A stretch of DNA of 64,000 nt from Nageia nagi (lineage: Eukaryota; Plantae; Pinophyta): positions 155,992,001 through 156,056,000 of the forward strand of contig JBITNC010000001.1 in NCBI GenBank assembly GCA_050084985.1, in the 5' to 3' direction. Each line of letters begins with the position of its first letter. The first letter of the stretch is position 1. The translations under genes were made by a program, and so were the position numbers. Shown piece after piece: positions 54,051 through 64,000 of this stretch. The notes below the pieces were generated by a model. That model did not search any database. It was given only the letters and a program-made list of their open reading frames with translations, and was not told the origin of the DNA.

Positions 54051-57000
54051 TGATCTTGTAATGGATTCTTAGGCATAACTTCCCATCCTCAATATCATTA
54101 TTTTATTCATGTGTGAAGAGGCTCCTCCAAGAGCATTAGATCCCTTACATGATTAGTTATTCATTAGCAACCTAATTCGATTACCGTAGTGGATAAAGTG
54201 AGAAAAGCTAGAGACCACTAGGGTGGTGAAGAAATGATATGAAAAAATAAAAAGTGAAAACCAAATAGAAGAAAAAGGTGAATAACAAAGGGGTGGTAAG
54301 ATCAAAATGCTTGCAAGGGTGCTATGATCACAATGGTTAGTAGCAAAGCTCCTTACATGATCACCCTACTAATTTATTGAGCTTAGTTTTTCCTAACTTG
54401 CTCAAATTTCTCATCTGAAACTTCAAGAGTATTTTAATTACCCATTTAATTAAGAGGTAAAAGATTCATTCTAGGTGGAAGAGTAGCGATGCAAGAAGAT
54501 AAGGTTTTGACTTAAAATTTTGCTAAGTTGAAGATAAGGTGAGTAAAGACGAGGCATCTACCTAACCTCCCAATAAAAATAATTATAATCTCATGATGTA
54601 TTAATATGTATTGGAATTAATTTTGATACCAATAGCCTTCTATTCTCATATAAGATTAAAAAAAATTAAAATAATTTTAAACATGATCACCATTTACATA
54701 ACATTTCTAATTCATAACTCCTAGTCTCCAAAAGATAAACAAATGCTCACAAACCAAAATACAAGGTTCTATGTATTTGAAATATTGATCACAACCCCTT
54801 AGATAAGAAAACAAGGTATATATTCATAATATTAATGATAACTCCCATGCTATAAAATTATACTCATAAAATTACTACCATTAGGTTTTGATTATGCACC
54901 TTAGTGGGAATGGACTTTATTATTTACAAATGTAGGTCACTCTATATGAGATCATTTGATAGCCAAACCATGGAGTGATTTCTACCATTAAATCTAAGAA
55001 TTACAAACCTATTGATATCCCAAAACAAGCATGGTTTTACACTTTCTCCATTCATAACAAAAATATTCAAATATAAGTATTAAAATGGAGAATAGAACTA
55101 GCTTATTCCAATAGAATTAGTCATACACCATTTAATCATGTCCCTAACTTATATTAAAGTATAAAATAATTACATAAAGGATATGAAGTAAATAGGAAAC
55201 TTTACAAGGATAAGCATTAAAAGAGAGACATATAGTCCTCAATATATCATATTGTCTACCCAAAATTGTGGGTTCTCTATGAGAGTTGATATCGCATAAA
55301 TTATGAAGAGATGTCAACCAAATAATAATTATTGAATATATTTATATTAGAAATACCACATAGTTTGGAGCTTGATCATAATTCTCTCTAAATTCATTAA
55401 GCAATAAGTAGAATGACACTTCAACCAAAAGATAAAGTATAGCACCATATAAGAGTTTCAAACTTAGGTCTAAGTTGGTCCATTCCTTTCTTTCCTTACT
55501 CCCTTGGTCCTCTTCTTTTTATAGACATATGAAAAAATATAATTTTCTGCCTTCAATTTTTCTCACATTATCATTTCCTCTGTCATTGGAAAGCTAGCAA
55601 GGTGGAGGTTCACAAGGAGCTTCTCCTTAGTAAAAATTTAAGAGGGCTCATTATTATAAAAATATGTGGAAGAATATTCTACTCAAAAATCTTAATTTAT
55701 CCTTCCTAAAATGTGTAAATGATAACAAGATTGAATTATCACATCAAAACTATTTTCTACCATGATTCCAAGAGAATATCAAATGGTCTTCACTCTCATC
55801 ATTGATTTATTTTTCTTTTAATAAAATATACCACTACAATATCTAAAATAAAAATCATATTCTGAATTTAATTTACTCTAGTATGATGTAAGTTGTCCTT
55901 AAATTCATAATATAAATATTTATCTCCCCATATTACTCTAATATCAAAGTTGAGTTATATTATATTAATTTTGCAATAGGATTTTTTCCCTCTGGAGTTA
56001 TATTACTTTGATAATATAATAATATGTTATGATTTAGTATTTGCCAACATATGCTAGATGCTTAAGGAAAAATCCATTCTAAAAGAATAACATTAATGAT
56101 AAAGTAAAATAGTGTAAATTTATTTATTATTATAAAACTTGAAAGGTAATAATAATAATGAGTTCTCCTAGAGGTATAATGCCAATCATGCCCAATATTT
56201 TTACCTATCTTCTCTTTTCCAAGACCTTCACATATATCAATCCAATGGTAACTATTGACCAATAATGATGCAAGATGCATCGAGTTGGGATCATGCTAGC
56301 CAACATTGGATATATAATATCCAACCTTCAATTTTATAAGTTGATGCTTAGATGAATTGTATCCTTTAGGAGCTTACAATCCATTCATAAAGTAGCATAT
56401 CCCTCAGTTGGGATCCTCTTCTTGAAAAGAGAACACCTTCTTATATTGAGAAAACAAACCTTTGAGATCTTGGGATTGCAAATCCATAGATAGAGTGACC
56501 AACCTCCTATGATCATATGTCTCTTTAGAAAAAGCTACAACCTGCAAAGTTGAGGCTTCATAGTTCAATTCTAATCTTTTTCAAGTTAATTTCTTGCTCC
56601 ATTAGGCATGAATTACCTTTAATGCTAGAGTCAAAATTGTAATAAAGAAAGGGATAATCATACTAGAAAGAGTTTGATTCTTAAAGAAGAGAAGAGGTGC
56701 TATAAAGGAATAGGAAAAAGGATGAAGCATAGGAACAACCCAATACTCTGGTGAAGTACACCATAATCATGGGGGAGGACACCTAGGTCATAGCCATAGA
56801 TTAATACAAACTCGTATTCATGAAAAGAGGGCTAGGCATAACAACTACTAATATGTCAACCACCTATATCCTAGATATGTGAAGAATCGATCTAATTCAT
56901 CTATATAAATACCTAGGAATACAAATATTAAAATAAAAAAGCAAACATGAACCAATCCAATTTGATACAAAATAAATACTTGGCATTTTCCCTTTTATAA

Positions 57001-58637
57001 TGGAAAATTATTCCTACTAAAAAAATATGGCATTTATGCTATTTATAATAGATATAAATTCAAGAAAATTGAATATTACTAAAATATCCATGTCTAGATT
57101 GCTGAAGATATCACTAGAAACTTTGCACATGGATCAGCTAGATGAGGCACATCTCTTCATGTATAACTTCCTAATTTAGATAGTTAACTATGTTAAGTGA
57201 TGTAATGACCTTTGCACATGGCTCAGCTAGATGAGGCATGCTCTCCTCTACTGCTCTAATGCTTTAGTCTCTTGCTACATGCATGATACCTAGATCATAC
57301 TTTGATCCTTGAGTAATTTTGAGGCTTTATCATGCAACTGACATACCCAATAAACTATCGCTTCAATTATTTTCTTAACTGGTATCGTAATTCGATTGAA
57401 CTCAACTTTATATTACTAAATTGCCACTACTACATGTTAGAGGTATCAACATTATTACTAGTGATCTCTTGGGAAGTTATTCATTCTTTGGGTATTATTG
57501 AAGTATTTTATTAACTAGTCAAAACCTCAATCATCCTTCTCTTTCTTAGTATGTCACTTTCGATGGTAGGAGATACAATGGATGACATCATCTTCTTAAG
57601 ATTTATCAGTATTGATATTTTAACATTATTATTTCCTTGATAATGTCAACCTTGGGCTTGAAGCCTTCATGTCCTTATCTCATTGAATGATTTCTTCCTT
57701 TTATCAGATATTTAATGTTCCACTACTGATATCACCTAGCAAAGTTATTCTAATTTGACCAACTTATCATTGATATCAATAGGTTAGGATTTTTGACCTT
57801 AGCTTATTTTAAAGACCCCTATCACTATTGACATCATCTCCAAGTGGGGATTTACTTCAACTACCCTTGCTAGCTAGTATTTCATCATTTTGTTATTGAT
57901 GTCATCTGCTCATAAGTTATGATAATTATTTACCTTTGATATGCCTTACTGGGTTGACAACATCTCCAACTTCAAGGTTTTTAAAATGATCTTTGAAGGT
58001 GTGATTGAAGTAATGAAATTACATGTCCAAACAAGAATTACAAAAGAATTTTTTTTGAGAATTTTGAACTCTTTGTTGCACTTCCCCTTGTTGATGATGA
58101 TGACAATGAGGGTCCCTTATTTCCCTCTTTTATCTTAGATTCCCTAGGAGAGGTCCTTGAATGGTGTAATCAAGGTAAAATTTGAAGCAATGTCTCTCTC
58201 TAGGAATTTTGCTACTTGTATATGTGTAAATGACTGTGCTATCAGGTAGTTGTATGGTTCCATATCCAATGTTGGAGATGGAAGATGTCTTTTTACCCCT
58301 TATGCTATTTTGATCAAGAATTTGGCTATTCTATTATGTATGGTACTCAAGAACCATTTGCACTTACATCCATGCCTTGAAATAGAGGGGATCTAATTTT
58401 CATGAGATGAAATATGAAGGAAATGCATGTCACTGATAGCATGGAAATAGTGAGCATGCAACTAATGGCATAGGATCATTTGTATTTTCTTCTATTCTTT
58501 AATATGTAGATACTTGTAATGAAGTGTTAGCAATACCTCACATGAAAATAAGGTGGATGCATAGTGGTTTGTATCTTCCATTGATGATGAGTCAACATCA
58601 ATAATCTACTTATGGTTGCATCACCAATTTTTCTTTT

Positions 58638-59292
58638 AAGTGAGTGAACTCTCATTAGTCATGTTGTTGGCCATCGATGGCCATACATTTTATGTCTATG
58701 ATAAAAAATACATTATGCTTTGTATGGTTCAAATAAAAAGCCATGTGAATACAATACAAGTTGTGTATTCTATTAGGGATGACCCAATGTCAACATCTAG
58801 CTCATGGTTGTATCATTGGTTTAATTTTAAGTGAGTGAACTCTCACTAGCCATGTCGTTGGCCATCGATCATCATACATTTTATGTCTATGACATAAAGA
58901 CATTATGTTTTATTTGGTTAAAATAAAAAATCATGTGGATACATAGCATGTTGCATCATCCATTAGGGATGAGCCAATTTCAACATCTTGCTCATGACTA
59001 TATCATTGATTTACTTTTAAGTGAGTGAACTCTCACTAGCTATGTCATTAGCCATCGATAATCATACATTCTATGTATATGAACTAAATATATTATGCTT
59101 TATATGGTTCAAAGAAAAAATCATGTGGATAGATAGCAAGTTGCATCATCCATTGGGGATGAGCCAATATCAACATCTTGTTCATGGTTGCATCATTGAT
59201 TTATCTTTTGAGTGAGTGAACTCTCACTAGCCATGTCATTGGCCATCAATGATCATACATTTTATGTCTATGACTCAAAGACATTATGCTAT
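58638..59292 (+). repeat. ~190-bp tandem repeat, duplicate copy
   Basis: Units at ~58638, 58829, 59019 and 59210. Confidence 0.93.
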
Positions 59293-61009
59293 ATAGCAAG
59301 GATGAAATAAATATAATCTTGAGATGGTTTTACCATGGTCAATGCAAATCATAGGTATGTATATATTATACATGGACTATGGTTAGGGTCAACTCCTAGT
59401 TCATGGATGATATTTTTTTTGTTTGAATTTCATATATTTTGTGTATAGGCTACTATGTTGAACAAGTCATAGCCTATAGATGCTTTTTGAGTGACTCACA
59501 CTAGTGCAGTACTACAATAAACCCACCATTTACTCATGGAAGACCATGGCTATGAAAAATAATTATTAGCAATTCAAGAAATTATGCCTCAAATCATTCA
59601 TTCATAAAATTATCAGTGAAACACAATATGCAATATTGAAAATGTACTTGATATTCAATAATTCAATGGTCTTGGATCTTAATCCGCATAAGTTTTCAAA
59701 GAAAATCCATGCCACCGGCGATGTGAGATGCACCAAATTTTCTAATCTCATCTTCAACAAGACTAACCATTGCCTTGAAAATATGTCATTTCCATAGAGA
59801 AATTATAGGACCATCAAAATATGATAGAATATTGATATGCCCTAAGTAGAGGCATTTGTAGCAATTTTAGGCTACTAGTGGCATGGAATTATCAATTTAT
59901 TTCATAGTACTTTGGAAATCATGTAACAATCATGCATTTTTTTCATTTCAATATCATCAAGTAATAGGGAATCATTTAGAATTTACCATAATAATTTGAG
60001 GAATATGTTCAAGATAGTAAGTTTTGTCAATATCCAAAATTCATCATTCTAATGTATATGATATTTAGATAATAATTGTATAAAATTGTGAGATAGATAT
60101 AATAGAAGAAATTATCTGAAAGTATGCTCAATTTATCCTTTTCCACTCTATTGGTAGCATTCAAAAGGATGAACGAACACTCCCATCAAATGATGCCTTC
60201 AATTGACAATAAGACATGAATTTTGGCTATACCTACATTCATTATTAATCATGATTTTGAAAGATAAAATTTTAATGTACTACATCAATAAAATGGGATA
60301 TTCATAATACAATTTTATGTCATACAATTATATTCAAGTATCATTAATCATTCCAAAAAATTACAAATAGTCAAAATTAAAAAAATGCATTTTAAAGTTT
60401 GCTTATTTCCTCCAAGTTTACACCACTAGTGGCCTAAATTTAATACAAATTTAATTAAAAAATGCATATGTTGTGGGACAAGCAGTAGCCATAAAAAATA
60501 ATGATTTTGCATACTATAAGACCAAGAAGAATGATGCCCTAGATTTTAGATCAAAAGTCAACTTATATAATTAAATTTAGAAAATAAAAAGTCATTTTGA
60601 GTTTTTCAACTTCCTGATTTGATGCTTTGGCTTCCTGGCCAATCGAGCGATGAAGTGCTAATTGATTTTTGATTTATTGATCATTTTATTAAGCAAACAT
60701 GCATGTGGAGGCATGATGGGTTGATTATTATCTTGCATAGGTTATTTTTATTTAGTTTGAATCTTATTTGACATGGTAGATGGTGATTGGAGGGAAGTCA
60801 TTTTTCCTATCACAAGCAGGTGGGGACACATCGTAGAGTACCTTTGCTCATTATCATACAATCACATAGTAAATTTTTCATTTTCTTTTCATTGTGTATT
60901 TTTATTTTTATTTTTAATTTTCATTTTCAATTATCTGTTTTGGACACATGCACTTATTTGTTTCACATTTTTCCTTGTAAGAGTGTAAGGTACTCATTTG
61001 CAAAGGTCA

Positions 61010-61800
61010 TATGAATACCACCATGCTTACGAAAGTACAAAGTTAGCCATGGACTACCCATATGGATGATATCTTAGACAAGTGTGGGTTGGTTGATTTG
61101 GCCATTTTTGTTCACATCCAGTAAGACCTTCCTCTTCTCACTTCATTGGTTGAGCGATGGGACCTTGATTATTATACATTTCACCTACCGTCAAGTGAAA
61201 TTATATTTACTCTTCTAGATGTTTATTGTATTTAGGGCATTCCCATTAGGGATAGCCTTGTACAATAGAGAGAGATTACAAAAAATAATTTCTATGAGCA
61301 AGAGGCCCTCTAGTTGAATAGGAGGCAGACCAAGATTAGGAGCATCGAGATGCTCATCTCATGGAGGTTTATAGGTTCACCTTAGTTGGGCATCATTCAC
61401 ATTTATACGTAGCTTCCATCATTACCATCTACTTATGCCTAAAAAAGAGAAGTTCAACATTCCCCCTTACATTGGTTTGGATAGTATGACAAATTTATGA
61501 GCATGGGATATAGTTTACATGGGTCCACTAGTATTGGCATAGTTGTACATGGCCTTGTATAGCTTCATTAGCATTGATAAGTTCAACATTACCATTTCTC
61601 ATCCTATCCTATTATAGATATGGGCTTATGATCACATCATAGTGAAGTAACTCATCGACCTTCAATGGGCTTGGTAGGATCCAAGGGATATTTCATTGGT
61701 TTGTTGGACCTATTGTGCAGGTAGTTATTGGTATCTATACTCTTTAGAGGTGTGGAGGAGGGAACTAGATCACTTACAAGTAGAGTATCTCATGTGGGTT
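61010..61800 (+). pseudogene. PMD ORF remnant, duplicate copy
   Basis: LPLLTSLVERWDLDYYTFHLPSSE and IWAYDHI. Confidence 0.85.
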
Positions 61801-62578
61801 TATTTTTAGGATGGTGGGTCGGAGTCCATCCTAGGGATATAGGGATGGACAAGGATGATGATAGTGATGAGGGGGTGGATAATTAGGGGTCATCTAAGGA
61901 TGACTTGTACCAATTTAATAAATCCCATCCATGACATCTCGATCTAGGAGGGAGAGGGAGGATTGGCACTACTAGTTGTTACCACCTAGCTATTAGATTA
62001 GATAATAAACTAATCCTTCCTTGAAATGTTTTAGATATTTAATTTTTATTAAAATTGCAAAGAAAATAATCTTCATGTGTGCATGCAACAAGAGAGATGG
62101 ATGCCAAGATTATCTCATTAGAGGCAAAGGTGACAAGATTGAGTCCCATGGAGGCCTAAGTGGAAACACTATAGGATACACTCTCAAAGAGAGATTCCCA
62201 TATTGCTACCCTAGAGCAGTTAGTGAAGAGACTATAGGAGAGGCTTAGTATGCCTCCACTACATCAATAGTGGGAATATATTCAAAGCTAGGATGATAAG
62301 ATTGAGACCAAGGAGTGGGAGATCATGACACTAAAGGTTAAATATGCTAGAACCTTTTGGATAGCCATTGAATGACAGCCAATGGGCTATCTAGACACAC
62401 CTTAGTGACTAGGGTGAGTGATAGGAATAGGTAGGTTAGGTATAATACTATCAATATGGTAAGTAATGGTGGTAGTGCCCACACCTAGCAAGTTATAGGC
62501 AAGTAATGGTAGTAGTGCCCACCCCTAGCGAGTTATAAGGCATTAGGCCCATTGTTGTATACTATGTACTTTTCTAAG

Positions 62579-62594
62579 ATATATATATACATAT

Positions 62595-62657
<63 letters not shown>
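62579..62657 (+). repeat. (TA)n/(TACA)n microsatellite, longer than its paralog at ~9406-9438
   Basis: Directly visible. Confidence 0.97.
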
Positions 62658-62662
<5 letters not shown>

Positions 62663-64000
62663 TGGTCTCAAACTTGTGTATATGAAATATTTTGTTTATT
62701 ATGAATGTGAATGTGCTATCTATTTCTATGAAATGCTGATTGTCTAACACCATGAACCTAATAATGAAATCTAACTTGAAATTCACAAAAGAAAATGAAC
62801 TTAATATTTATAAATTATTCAAGATAATGAATACAATTAATCATAATAAAATACACATGCAATATAACTAATAATTATAACAATCAACCTAATCGAATTG
62901 AATGAGGTTCTAAGGTACCAAACGGGTCCCAAATGAACATGTTCAAGTTTTTTCTAATAGATGATAAGAAAACTAGTGTAAGACCAGTACAATGTACTTA
63001 AAAATATTCCAAGATAATGGAAATACTATTGTTGAAAACTTTATCCTGTGAAATGTACATCATTAGCTGCATGGGATAGGGCCTACACACCATTGGTGGC
63101 ATATTCAAAATTGACCCAAGCAAGGGAATGAAAGAAAAACTCAAAAACATACATGAACATAGTATAAAATACCTAAAGCACATAAAAATAATTACTTAAA
63201 ATGCACAAAAACATAGAAAAGACCCTACTTAACTAATATACAGTATATGTAGAAATAAAGAAAGTGAAGTAATTACTTTACGTACCTGGGGTGATTTTTC
63301 TACCTAAATACACTTTGTAGAAGTAGGGATGAAAAAGAGGCACCTTTATTTTAGCATATTCCACACCATTAGTGTCATATAGATAGTAATGGATGCTACT
63401 AGCAGCATTCATTTTGGCTCCATTTCTAATCTTGTTTGGGGAAACATGCATGTATCAAGGAGTTTGTACAAAATAATGATGTAACTCATTGGAAACACTT
63501 ACCATTCCAATGCAACCTCTTGGTTGTGAAGGAGGTAGGGGATTAGTAAAAACCCTTAGCTATTTGTTATCAAAATGTATAGGTACAATTTGTTCAGTAG
63601 GTTTAGCATCCATCTTGATAGCTCCTTTATCAATGAAATCCTATATGATATGTCTAAGATTCTTGCAATTGCAAGTTATATGCCTAGGTACCCTATGATA
63701 ATTACAAAATTATTCATATAAAAAATGCATAGGCACACCATTAGGGAACTTGGGTTCAATAATAGGAGGCAACTCAATAACCTCTTCTTTTAATAGAATA
63801 TTAAGAATATTATCAACAGTATCAGTCAAAGGTGTGAATTATTGGCTAGGTTTAGAGTTGGTTTTGTATTTATGAGAAACATTATTTACTTTATATCTAT
63901 TGGTATTCTTAGTAATTGGTTTCTTATTTTGAGTAGTTTGATTGGTACTCATAGTATATAGTTTGTTAATACATGGCTCCTTTTTTATGAAAATATCTAT

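Larger units (their letters stand above)
53762..64000 (+). repeat. Large direct duplication, copy 2
   Basis: Colinear with 1-10751, including the 190-bp tandem repeat, PMD and gag knuckle (~63620-63715, minus). Confidence 0.97.

Overview
AT-rich, CpG-depleted plant nuclear DNA, probably a conifer or other gymnosperm (inferred from composition, decayed Tat-type Gypsy elements and PLS-PPR style). Most of the window is eroded retroelement debris: Gypsy pol with a second RNase H, gag, plant-mobile-domain (PMD) ORFs and LINE ORF1. Bases 1-~10750 recur at 53762-64000 (53.76 kb offset). The CpG-rich core is a duplicated immune-type locus (~26.3-31.4 kb and ~41.9-47.1 kb). In each copy, seven tandem ~433-bp units each carry a putative 240-nt phase-0/phase-0 exon encoding an unrecognised 80-aa module. 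These are followed by a 60-nt microexon (stop codon in both copies), a 206-nt linker exon and a TIR-domain exon with the catalytic Glu but no NB-ARC or LRR. All splice phases join in frame. Copy A keeps the TIR intact but only units 5-7 are open; copy B keeps units 3-7 but has a stop in the TIR. Also present: an ARIA/ABAP1-like ARM pseudogene, a PPR remnant, a single-LRR remnant, and a direct repeat whose first copy is riddled with micro-deletions (possible assembly artefact). All homology calls are by eye; no searches were run, and TE boundaries are approximate.
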